From assembly GCF_000213555.1 (NCBI RefSeq), contig NZ_GL891988.1:77823-109822 (forward strand): a stretch of DNA of 32,000 nucleotides. The letters run 5' to 3'. Positions 1 through 8,497 of the stretch are shown piece after piece. This stretch comes from Dysgonomonas gadei ATCC BAA-286. GTDB taxonomy: Bacteria > Bacteroidota > Bacteroidia > Bacteroidales > Dysgonomonadaceae. A program made the translations under genes and the position numbers. Each line of letters begins with the position of its first letter. The first letter of the stretch is position 1. The notes under the pieces were generated by a model. The model did no database searches. It saw nothing but the letters and a program-made list of their open reading frames with translations, and was not told where the DNA came from.

Positions 1-1077
1 GCCCGCTCTGCATTGGTACAATTTGCTCTCTATGGCGGTTATTTTGTGATGGGTATTCCCGCCGGACTGATAATAAAAAAATATGGGTATAAGAAAGGAA
101 TTGTTTTCGGGTTACTGGTCTTCGCTGTCGGAGCATTTCTCTTTTATCCGGCAACATTGATCAAGACATTCCTTCCTTTTCTTATAGCCCTGTTTGTCAT
201 TGCCTGTGGGCTGACCTGCCTTGAAACGGCAGCCAATCCTTATACAACGGTTTTAGGCCCTGCCCAATCGGGGGCAAGGCGTATCAATCTGGCTCAATCC
301 TTTAATGGCCTGGGCTGGATATTAGGCCCTTTGGTGGGAGGATTACTTATCTTTTCGGATAAAGGCGACCCTTTTGCGGCATTGGCGACACCTTATATCG
401 GTATCGGGGTGGTTGTATTGCTTATCGCCGTACTGTTTATACGCACTCCTTTGCCGCAAATAGCCGCAGGAGAAACGGAAATTTCTGAAAATACGGTGAC
501 AACAAAAGCCAAAAGCTGTTATAAAGACTTGTTGAAATATCCCCTTTTTATATTCGCTGTTGTGGCGCAGTTCTTTTATGTGGCCGGGCAGACCGGTATA
601 GGCAGCTTCTTTATCAATTATGTAATTGAGGTACGTCCCGATATATCGCATCTGGAGGCTTCCCAGATACTCGCATTCGGAGGGATGGGTATGTTTATGG
701 TCGGTCGAATATCGGGAAGTTATATGATGAAATTTTTTAATCCTAAGAAATTACTGGCTGTATATTCTGTAATGAATATCTTGCTGATGATTGTTGTGGT
801 TATGGGATTGGGTATGATGTCGGTAGTATGCCTGTTTGCATCATATTTCTTTATGTCGATCATGTACCCTACAATATTTGCGATAGGCATAAGCGGATTG
901 AAAGAGAATACAGAGAAGGGCTCTTCCCTTATCGTGATGGCTGTAGCCGGAGGTGCAGTTATCCCTATGCTGATGGGGCGTATAGCAGATTTATATTCTA
1001 TGGCTGCCGGATTTATAATTCCGTTGGTTTGCTTTACGGTGATATTCGCTTTCGGGGTGAGTAAACTGAAGAATTAA
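1..1077 (+). CDS. Sugar MFS transporter, FucP/GluP (fucose / glucose-galactose:H+ symporter) family; N-terminus cut off by the window edge
   Basis: Frame 1 is open from nt 1 (the 'M' at 13 is an internal TTG). Many hydrophobic helices. Motifs GLTCLETAANPY and RRINLAQSFNGLGWILGP are typical of this subfamily. TAA stop at 1075-1077. Confidence 0.8.
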   Translation, partial: ARSALVQFALYGGYFVMGIPAGLIIKKYGYKKGIVFGLLVFAVGAFLFYPATLIKTFLPFLIALFVIACGLTCLETAANPYTTVLGPAQSGARRINLAQSFNGLGWILGPLVGGLLIFSDKGDPFAALATPYIGIGVVVLLIAVLFIRTPLPQIAAGETEISENTVTTKAKSCYKDLLKYPLFIFAVVAQFFYVAGQTGIGSFFINYVIEVRPDISHLEASQILAFGGMGMFMVGRISGSYMMKFFNPKKLLAVYSVMNILLMIVVVMGLGMMSVVCLFASYFFMSIMYPTIFAIGISGLKENTEKGSSLIVMAVAGGAVIPMLMGRIADLYSMAAGFIIPLVCFTVIFAFGVSKLKN

Positions 1078-1418
1078 AGATTTATTTCTTTCATCGGGTT
1101 CCAGAATACGGATTTCCAGTTCTTTATCCTGTCGTTGACTACAATGACACCTTCGGCTTCAAGCAGCTTTTGCATTTCCCCGGAATTACCGAAAGCTTCT
1201 TTTGCAGACAATATCCCGCTGCTATTGACTACACGGTGGGCAGGAATACTGCTTTTAACGGAATCGCATTCACCCATAACACGCCCTACCATCCTCGACA
1301 TATTAGGATAGCTGATGGCTTTAGCTATGGCTCCATAACTGGTTGCCCGCCCGTAAGGTATCATTCTGACAATCTCATAGACGGCTTCGGTAAAATCTTC
1401 TTTATCGAGTTTAGACAT
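1074..1418 (-). CDS. MGMT-family DNA-binding protein lacking the acceptor cysteine (alkyltransferase-like, ATL)
   Basis: 114 aa. It has the MGMT C-terminal-domain pattern (IPYGRATSYGAIAKAI...RMVGRVMG) and IPAHRVVNSSG where true O6-alkylguanine transferases have PCHRV. The Ala codon is at 1239-1241. It overlaps the convergent permease gene by 4 nt. Confidence 0.75.
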   Translation of the reverse strand: MSKLDKEDFTEAVYEIVRMIPYGRATSYGAIAKAISYPNMSRMVGRVMGECDSVKSSIPAHRVVNSSGILSAKEAFGNSGEMQKLLEAEGVIVVNDRIKNWKSVFWNPMKEINL

Positions 1419-1504
1419 GGTTTAATGTTTATACAAATATAAGATTAAATTCGGATGGATAAATGATGATGTTTTTATAAGAGGTTTATCTATACATAGA
1501 GTCA

Positions 1505-1908
1505 ATAGCCTTTAGCTATTAGCTGACAGTTCTTTGAAATAATTAATTAGTAAATTAGCATATTAGCAAATGAGTGAAATAGTGTAACCTTTGTTACCTT
1601 TTATTTTTAAACACGGAGTAAAAGGAGTAGCACGGAGTTTTTTTATTTACGGGATGCTTCGCTTCACCTGCTTATGAGTTGATGACTGTTAACTGATATA
1701 TCTGTAACCTTTGTTACCTTTTTGCGCCTTTGCATCTTTGCGAGCGTTATCTCTCATCCCTGATTAATATGAAGTTACAGAGTTTTTAGAAGAAAAAGTG
1801 ACAATAAAAATTGAGTGAAAACTGTCAGGTTTGTCAGGTTTTGTACATTAGCTATCGGCTAACAGCTATCAGCTAATAGCTAAAAATGTGTTACTTTTGT
1901 TACCTTTT
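1505..1908. repeat. Mosaic intergenic repeat, copy A, built from short doubled words
   Basis: GTAACCTTTGTTACCTTTT at 1584-1602 and 1704-1723, and GTTACTTTTGTTACCTTTT at 1890-1908. TGTCAGGTTTGTCAGGTTTT at 1823-1842. AGCYW word arrays at 1505-1528 and 1847-1886. GATGACTGTTAACTGA at 1680-1697. The same modules recur at 15768-16283 in a different order. Confidence 0.85.
1577..1667 (+). repeat. ~90-nt conserved core of the repeat family (copy A)
   Basis: aaatagtgtaacctttgttaccttttatttttaaacacggagtaaaaggagtagcacggagtttttttatttacgggatgcttcgcttcac aligns by eye at roughly 85% identity with 15997-16086. Confidence 0.85.
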
Positions 1909-1960
1909 GAGGTATAAGATAACACGGCTTTTCGAAACATTTCTTGAGCCCTAATGAAAA

Positions 1961-1988
1961 CAGGGGCGCCATATTATGACTACCCCTG
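1961..1988 (-). terminator. Possible intrinsic terminator of the GH97 gene
   Basis: Stem CAGGGG (1961-1966) / CCCCTG (1983-1988), about 20 nt past the GH97 stop, followed on the minus strand by TTTTCATT. The 16-nt loop is long, so this is only moderately convincing. Confidence 0.35.
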
Positions 1989-2008
1989 CAACAAAGTATA
2001 TTGTGTAA

Positions 2009-4015
2009 TTATTTCCTTGTTATTTTGATTACATAACCTCCACCCGGAGCCATAGATACCGGCAGCTTTTTATTTGACGGAATATCTATTGTTTCTTTCT
2101 TGTAGTCGCGGGCGGCACGGTCGGCATTTATCCCGTCTTTGAATACTTCACCTTTGAAACTGCCTTCCCCTAAGAAAGAAAGGTCTAGTTCCATGTTGCG
2201 GGCATCCCAGTTAGTCATAACACCTACATACCAGGTGTCACCTTTTTGGCGGGCAATAGATAGATATTTTCCTATTTCCCCATTCAATGAGATGGTATTA
2301 TCCCACACTGTGGGTACGGTGGCGATAAACTCTGTACATTCCGGTTCCGACATGTAGTTAGATGGACTATCACATAACATGTTCAGAGGGGATTCGAAGA
2401 TGATGTATTCGGCCAGTTGACGGCAGCGCGTGCCCTGACTCATGGCTTCATTATACACATTTTTGTAATTTCCTTTTGTCGCATTACGCATTGCGCCTTG
2501 TGTATAGTCCATCGGACCTGCTACCTGACGTATAAATGGAATAGTAACATCATAGGTAACCTGATCGAGTTCGGGACCGGACCATTTCAATTGCTCCAGA
2601 CCATTTACTCCTTCAAAGTTGATGACATTCGGATAGGTACGTTGCAATCCGGTTGGCTTGTATGTACCGTGGAAATCTATAAGTACTTTGTATTTAGCTC
2701 CCATTTCAGCTGCACGGCGGTGAAAGTCTACCATGATCTGGTCATCCCTATCCATGAAATCGACTTTAAATCCTTTGATACCCATCTCGCTATAATGCTT
2801 GCAAACCTTTTCCAAGTCCCTGTCGAAAGCATGATATCCGGCCCATAGGATAAGGTCTACATTTTTAGCTTTGGCATAACTTACCAGCTCTGGAAGATTG
2901 ATCTCCGGTATTACCTGAAACAGATCGGCTTTTTTGTTGACAGCCCACCCCTCATCGAGGATTACATATTCAATGCCATATTCAGATGCAAAATCGATAT
3001 AGTATTTATATGTCTCGTTGTTTATACCTGCACGGAAGTCAACACCATACAGATTCCAGTCGTTCCACCAGTCCCAGGCTACTTTTCCGGGTTTTACCCA
3101 GGAATAATCCCCTTGGGAGGGAGTCGCAAGTTTGTATACCATATCACTGTCGGCGAGTTCCGAATCTTTTTCAGCAACAATAACCGCTCTCCATGGGAAG
3201 TTCGTAGGACCATCGGATTTTGCTATAAATGATTCACGTGAATCGACCAATATCTGGAGTTCGTTATGTCCTCCCTGACGCGTATCTTTGGGGTAAGGGG
3301 CGAATACACCTTTCAGGCCGTTCGCTGTTTCAGCCGGATACAAAAACATTCCCGGATAATTCATCAGGTCAGCCTCTGTAATGCAAACCTTTTTTCCTTT
3401 CGCTCCTTCAACTACCAACGGTGAAATACCGAGGCGCTTCTTGTTCCATACAGATAGAGCTATATTGTGATATGGCTGCTCGAACGAGTTGGAGAACTGG
3501 CCCTCAAGAGGTGTGGTTTCCGGTTTGTTTGCATAAGCAACAAATACTTTCTGATCGGCAGGAAAGTTAAACTCAGCTTGTTCATTTTCTATAACAAACG
3601 GTTTCTTTGAGGTAGAGACAAAGCGATAAGCAATACCATCATTATAGGCGCGAAATATAATATTATAATCACCTTTGAACTTTAGAGTCAGTTCATTATA
3701 GTTATCCTCAATTTTATTTCGTTTATAAATAGAAGCGTCAATAATTTGATTTACAGTCTTTACGGATGAGCCGGATAGCTTGGTATTAATACCAAAGGTG
3801 CTGCCATCAGTTAAGGTCATAGACACCGGCGATTTAGCCAGCATTATATCTCCATCATGAGACACTGAATATCCGACTGTTTTGCCCACGCTGATACTGG
3901 CTTCCAGCTTGCCATCAGGAGATTTCAGGGCGAACTGCTTTTGGGCAGTGACTGTCATTGTATAACAGAATAAAAGACAGAATAAAGACAGGATTACCGG
4001 ATTGTTTTTTCTCAT
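2009..4015 (-). CDS. Glycoside hydrolase family 97 protein with signal peptide; probably the retaining (alpha-galactosidase-like) subgroup
   Basis: 668 aa. N-terminal signal peptide ending TVTAQ. GH97-type core: WVKPGKVAWDWW, YIDFASEYGIEYVILDEGW, GFKVDFMDRDDQ, FHGTYKPTGLQRTYPNVINFEGV. As I recall SusB, Asp-rich DFMDRDD replaces a Gly-containing segment and HG replaces the HE base motif, which suggests the retaining type. Confidence 0.8.
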   Translation of the reverse strand: MRKNNPVILSLFCLLFCYTMTVTAQKQFALKSPDGKLEASISVGKTVGYSVSHDGDIMLAKSPVSMTLTDGSTFGINTKLSGSSVKTVNQIIDASIYKRNKIEDNYNELTLKFKGDYNIIFRAYNDGIAYRFVSTSKKPFVIENEQAEFNFPADQKVFVAYANKPETTPLEGQFSNSFEQPYHNIALSVWNKKRLGISPLVVEGAKGKKVCITEADLMNYPGMFLYPAETANGLKGVFAPYPKDTRQGGHNELQILVDSRESFIAKSDGPTNFPWRAVIVAEKDSELADSDMVYKLATPSQGDYSWVKPGKVAWDWWNDWNLYGVDFRAGINNETYKYYIDFASEYGIEYVILDEGWAVNKKADLFQVIPEINLPELVSYAKAKNVDLILWAGYHAFDRDLEKVCKHYSEMGIKGFKVDFMDRDDQIMVDFHRRAAEMGAKYKVLIDFHGTYKPTGLQRTYPNVINFEGVNGLEQLKWSGPELDQVTYDVTIPFIRQVAGPMDYTQGAMRNATKGNYKNVYNEAMSQGTRCRQLAEYIIFESPLNMLCDSPSNYMSEPECTEFIATVPTVWDNTISLNGEIGKYLSIARQKGDTWYVGVMTNWDARNMELDLSFLGEGSFKGEVFKDGINADRAARDYKKETIDIPSNKKLPVSMAPGGGYVIKITRK

Positions 4016-4054
4016 TATTAGTTATATTTGAAGGTTTATTATCCAATTTACAAG

Positions 4055-5140
4055 CTATCTTTTCAGATTAGCAACAAGTCTATTCACGATTTCACACATC
4101 TTACCGTAGTTCTCGTCCATCGACCGCAGTAGTTTATATTGCGCATGTGTGCGTATCAGGTTATGAGTGTCGTTCTTCACTCTGTAATAGTTATCACCGT
4201 CAATGTAATCCATGAGGAAGCGGAGAACCTGCTCGAAGGTAATGTATTTAGCAGAAAAGGCTAAATTCTCTATTTCAGCCGGGGTAAGGAAGGTGATTGC
4301 CTCGGATAGGTAGCCTGCCGTGTATCCTTCAAAGATATCCATCTTGATATACACATTATCCGGATTTTCATCATCTTCTTTACCGGCATTGGTATATGAA
4401 CGGATCGCATCACCATAGTCATTGAGGCACATACTGCTAAGTACTGTATCCAGGTCTATTACACATAATACATTACCTTGTTTGTCAAACAATATATTAC
4501 TGATCTTGGTATCATTGTGCGTAACCCGTACCGGGAGTTCACCAGCTTCGAATTTGTTCCATAAAGCAAGCATTTCGTCGCGACGGCTCTCTATCCATCC
4601 AATCTCTTTTAGCACATGTTTTTTGCGCCCTACCGGGTCTTTTGCCAACACCTCATCCCATTGCTGAAAACGGAACTTCATATTGTGAAAACCAGGTAAT
4701 ATATCGACTAACGGATCCTTCATATCGGCCAGCATGGCTTGAAACTTACCGATTCCTCGTCCCCCTTGTGCAGCTAATGCCGGGGAATCTGCGTAGTCAT
4801 AAGCAATTGTATTATCAATGAATAAACATGCAGCCCAATATTCTCCGTCTTCATCGAGATAGTATAGCTTATTATCCAGCGTAGGTATTATTGTAAGAGC
4901 CTCACGCAAGGGATTTCCACCTTGTTTGATAATCTTTTCTTTGAGGTGGTTGGTAACTTTATGTATGTTATCCATCATGGCAGGAATATCTTTGAAGATA
5001 TTCTTGTTTTTCTTCTGCAGTATATAGTTAGGGCTATTTCCTATAGTTTCTACAAAAAAAGTATCGTTGATAAGTCCTTCGCCTATAGAGCGTATGTCCT
5101 GTACAACCCCGTCGAAAGCAAAGTGTTCTCCTACATTCAT
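4055..5140 (-). CDS. APH-fold phosphotransferase, N-acetylhexosamine 1-kinase (NahK/LnpB)-like anomeric sugar kinase
   Basis: 361 aa. Brenner/catalytic-loop motif VRVTHNDTKISNILFD followed by VIDLDT. C-terminal HNLIRTHAQYKLLRSMD resembles the NahK tail as I remember it. It starts 39 nt upstream of GH97 on the same strand. Confidence 0.65.
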   Translation of the reverse strand: MNVGEHFAFDGVVQDIRSIGEGLINDTFFVETIGNSPNYILQKKNKNIFKDIPAMMDNIHKVTNHLKEKIIKQGGNPLREALTIIPTLDNKLYYLDEDGEYWAACLFIDNTIAYDYADSPALAAQGGRGIGKFQAMLADMKDPLVDILPGFHNMKFRFQQWDEVLAKDPVGRKKHVLKEIGWIESRRDEMLALWNKFEAGELPVRVTHNDTKISNILFDKQGNVLCVIDLDTVLSSMCLNDYGDAIRSYTNAGKEDDENPDNVYIKMDIFEGYTAGYLSEAITFLTPAEIENLAFSAKYITFEQVLRFLMDYIDGDNYYRVKNDTHNLIRTHAQYKLLRSMDENYGKMCEIVNRLVANLKR

Positions 5141-5795
5141 CGGCTAGTGGCGTTAATTTAAGATATATAATGCTGGATGCATTTTAAACTAAAGAACAGA
5201 ACGAAGATAGAGGTTTCATTTATATTAACATCTATTTTTTTATATTTTTCTTAGGCCCTATTTAAAAATTAATTGAGAAAAAATTAAAGGGCTTCTATAA
5301 AATTTGACACTGTCTCAAAAAGAGTGTAGATACAACCTTTAAAGATAATGCAGAATATAAAGTAAAAGAAAACGGCAGGCTTCCATTTACATTTTCTTAT
5401 TACTAATTGGATTATTGTCGATTACATCTTTCTCTAGATGTAACAACCAGGATGACAGAGGCAATAACAAAGAAATAGAAATATATTTACAACAGTCATT
5501 CCGGTCGGTTGTACCTCCTACATTTGGAAAATTATAGCAAAACATTACAAAGAGTTATACAAGCTTCTTTTAGAAGAAACTCGGCTTTGAAACTAGAATT
5601 TAAATTTTCATTCACGAATAATAGTACCATAGATTCAATTGTTGTTAAATTATTAATATCAAGCAATATCGGCGTTTTGAGTTCAGCCAAGTAAATATAC
5701 ATTGCTGATACACAAAAAAACTTAACATGATATTAGATATCAATTGCAAGTATGTCGAATCATTTAGCATAAACTATGTTTATATATACAACAAA

Positions 5796-5820
5796 TAAGC
5801 GACTAAATATTAGTCGCTTA
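5796..5820 (-). terminator. Rho-independent terminator of the metallophosphoesterase gene
   Basis: Perfect 10-bp stem TAAGCGACTA / TAGTCGCTTA with a 5-nt loop, 22 nt past the stop at 5842. It is followed on the minus strand by TTTGTTGTATATATA. Confidence 0.7.
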
Positions 5821-5841
5821 TTCCGGATTAAATAGTGTTTT

Positions 5842-7422
5842 TTATTTAGGAAGCTCTTTTATCTGATAACTGCTGTTTTGAGTAAATACCCGTCCAAACA
5901 TATCAGTTGCCCGAACCTCTATACGATGTTCTCCCACAGAAAGAGAGCTTGGGATATTAGCGCGCCATAAATGGCGGCATATCTGTGGATTCGATGGTCT
6001 TCTTACAGGTTTCACTTCATTTGAGTAGTCCCAGTCTTGCATATAACGATAATACGCCGGATCATAATCTTCTATTTTTGTCATTTTAGTCCAGGTCCCT
6101 TCATCAACACGATATTCGACGATATCATTATCTGATCCCATAAAGAAATTGGCATATATTCCCGATGTAATCCATCTACCTTTGTAAGGTACCACTTTAG
6201 GGTTATATATGGATATCTGGTAATCGTCAGATTGTCCGGCTACCTTATAATCTAATGTATATCTATCACCCTTTACATTTATAATTGCATATCCTTGGGG
6301 AGTTCCATCACGCATTGTGGATGTTGGCAGACCTTTAGCATTGAGTATCCCCGAATACCAATCGCCACAAGTGGTTCCTACATTATATTCGTGGATTGGT
6401 TTTACTCTATTCAGCCCATCTTCTTTTCCTATAAAATTATGAGACTGAATATGTGTATGGGCAGATAAAACCAATACATTTGGATAATTATTTAACAATG
6501 CGTAAAATCGTAGCCTGTCTGCTTCTCTAAAAGCATCTTTATCTTTCCTATCAAACAAAGGAATATGCATACTGATTATAATGAGATGATCCGGCTGTAC
6601 AAATTTCAGATCATTTTCTACAAATTTCAGTTGATCCTCTCTTAATCCTCCAAGATATCCTTTGCCTGTGACAGGGTTAGGATAAAGAATATCATCCAGC
6701 ACAATGTAATGCGCTTTCCCATAATTGAAAGAATAGTTCGCCGGGCCAAAATTAGATTCAAATGTTTCGTCAGAGAGTATATCTTCCTTGGCATCATAAT
6801 TCATATCATGATTACCAATGACGTTATACCAAGGCAATCTCATTTGTTGTATGGCCTTTTTATATGACAGATGGAGGCTCAGATTGTCTCCGACAAGATC
6901 GCCTAATGTAATCCCAAAACTGAGTCCATTCCTGTTTTTAGCTTCGTCCACAATACCTTTTGTGAAATATTCAACTTCTTGTTCTGAGTAGGTCTGAGAA
7001 TCCCCAAAGATAAATGAAGAATAGATTTCGGGCTCATCGTATTTGATAAGGCCGAAGTCTATTGATTTTGGCAGTTCTCCGGTTGGTTCTACTCCTTTAT
7101 AAAATGAGGCGGGTGATCCTTTAGGTTTATGCATATAATAAGATTTCGGGAAATTATATTCATTGACAGGAATTTTATATCCGGTTGGCTTTATTACAAA
7201 GATGATATTATCATCGCCTACAGGTAAATTATACTGACCTTCGGAATCAGTTAACACGACATCAATTCCGTTTGACACGGCAACATTTGCAATCCCTTTT
7301 TCTTTTTTCTCTTTTTTTTCATTGTTATTTCCGTCTTCAAATACATAGCCTTTTGCTATTTGCTGTGCCGATAAATTTAATAAACTGGCTAGAGATAATG
7401 TAATAAGTAATATACTTTTCAT
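5842..7422 (-). CDS. Secreted calcineurin-like metallophosphoesterase with an N-terminal Ig/carboxypeptidase-regulatory-like domain and a C-terminal beta domain
   Basis: 526 aa. Signal peptide LLNLSAQQ. Phosphoesterase motifs GDLVGDN, GNHDMNYD, MHIP and SAHTHIQSH. Motif I reads GDSQ (Gln where DxH is usual). Confidence 0.8.
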   Translation of the reverse strand: MKSILLITLSLASLLNLSAQQIAKGYVFEDGNNNEKKEKKEKGIANVAVSNGIDVVLTDSEGQYNLPVGDDNIIFVIKPTGYKIPVNEYNFPKSYYMHKPKGSPASFYKGVEPTGELPKSIDFGLIKYDEPEIYSSFIFGDSQTYSEQEVEYFTKGIVDEAKNRNGLSFGITLGDLVGDNLSLHLSYKKAIQQMRLPWYNVIGNHDMNYDAKEDILSDETFESNFGPANYSFNYGKAHYIVLDDILYPNPVTGKGYLGGLREDQLKFVENDLKFVQPDHLIIISMHIPLFDRKDKDAFREADRLRFYALLNNYPNVLVLSAHTHIQSHNFIGKEDGLNRVKPIHEYNVGTTCGDWYSGILNAKGLPTSTMRDGTPQGYAIINVKGDRYTLDYKVAGQSDDYQISIYNPKVVPYKGRWITSGIYANFFMGSDNDIVEYRVDEGTWTKMTKIEDYDPAYYRYMQDWDYSNEVKPVRRPSNPQICRHLWRANIPSSLSVGEHRIEVRATDMFGRVFTQNSSYQIKELPK

Positions 7423-7608
7423 AAAAAAACTATTTATTTTTATTATATTAATAATGATAGTAGTATTAAAAAGAACGTGAAAGATTCTAACTTATCTGGA
7501 TTTTTATTATTGTCAGACTGTAGTACTTCTAACCTTTCACGGATGAGGGTAATCGTAAAAAAAATTACATCCTATCCTTATATTTAATAGTCATATTTAG
7601 GTTTTCAT

Positions 7609-8238
7609 TTATTGTCCAGATGAAATTTCATTAAATAAGCCTGGATCTTTATTCTCATTTTTTTGTTGATACCTTATATTATATAGTTTACTAAGGCTCT
7701 TTTTTATAAATGAATTCGCTGCTTTAGATTTATAATTGACAGTTCTTTCATCAATATTCAAGCATTCGGAAATTTCTTTGATAGACAATTCTTCCTGCCA
7801 AATAAGGGTTATAACTTTCTGATCAATCTCGGGTAATACCTCAAGTATGTTGTTTATCAATTTATTGACCTCCTTAAAATCAAATTCTTCTTCCACGTGT
7901 GTATAATGTACGACGGTTTCTATTTCGTCCATATCTTTTCGGTTTTCACTTCCAGTTAGCTTAAAATAAGAAGATTTCAAATAGTCAAGCATTCTGTAAG
8001 TATAATGATGTAACAGAAAATTGCGGGCAGATCCCTTATCATTCGTTTTTATCAAAGCTGGCTCCGACCACACATTTATCCAAAAATTCTGTGTGATTTC
8101 ATTTGTCAGATTAATATCCCCAGTACGGTTATATGCCCATTTATAAAGTAAATGCTCATACCTATCATAAAATATATTAAAGGCTTGCTCATCTTTTAAA
8201 GCGATAGCCTCTAACAATTCTCTATCAGACATAGTCAT
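7609..8238 (-). CDS. ECF-type RNA polymerase sigma-70 factor
   Basis: 209 aa. Region 2 (FNIFYDRYEHLLYKWAYNRTGD...TQNFWINVW) and region 4 HTH (LSIKEISECLNIDERTVNYKSKAANSFIKKSL). An alternative ATG lies at 8232. Confidence 0.8.
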   Translation of the reverse strand: MTMSDRELLEAIALKDEQAFNIFYDRYEHLLYKWAYNRTGDINLTNEITQNFWINVWSEPALIKTNDKGSARNFLLHHYTYRMLDYLKSSYFKLTGSENRKDMDEIETVVHYTHVEEEFDFKEVNKLINNILEVLPEIDQKVITLIWQEELSIKEISECLNIDERTVNYKSKAANSFIKKSLSKLYNIRYQQKNENKDPGLFNEISSGQ

Positions 8239-8497
8239 AATGATTTGGTATATTCCGGATGTAAATGTATTTCTTATATATTACGGGACTGTTAAGAAAA
8301 CAAAAATTATAAATAAATATTTTTTTGATAAGAACGTGTTTGGTAAAATATTGTAATATAGTATGATATGCTGTTGTTGCAAATTTGAAACAATCACTTA
8401 ACAGTTTTGTTGCCCGATCTGACAACGCTTGACTCGTTTATCTTTATAGAAGGGGGTGAATTCCTGCAAAGAAAATATAGCCCCACAAAATAAAGAA
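8239..8497. promoter_or_regulatory. Divergent control region between the ECF sigma gene (-) and the FecR-TBDT genes (+)
   Basis: 259-nt AT-rich gap between two divergent start codons. It contains a near -7 box TATCTTTA (8439-8446) on the + strand. No promoter was proven. Confidence 0.35.

Noticed and set aside
5509-5694. 61-aa plus-strand ORF in the long AT-rich gap
   Set aside because: It has a TTG start, no ribosome-binding context I can support, and low-complexity sequence.
7301-7325. T-rich tract (T8 at 7312-7319, coding-strand A8, encoding KEKKEKKEK) in the metallophosphoesterase as a slipped-strand phase-variation switch
   Set aside because: The tract is short and the reading frame is intact. 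Low-complexity Lys/Glu linkers are common after signal peptides, and a single sequence gives no evidence of length variation.
8225-8425. 66-aa minus-strand ORF upstream of the sigma gene
   Set aside because: It sits in the AT-rich divergent promoter region, overlaps the sigma start, and has an Ile/Lys/Tyr/Phe-rich composition typical of AT-rich noise.
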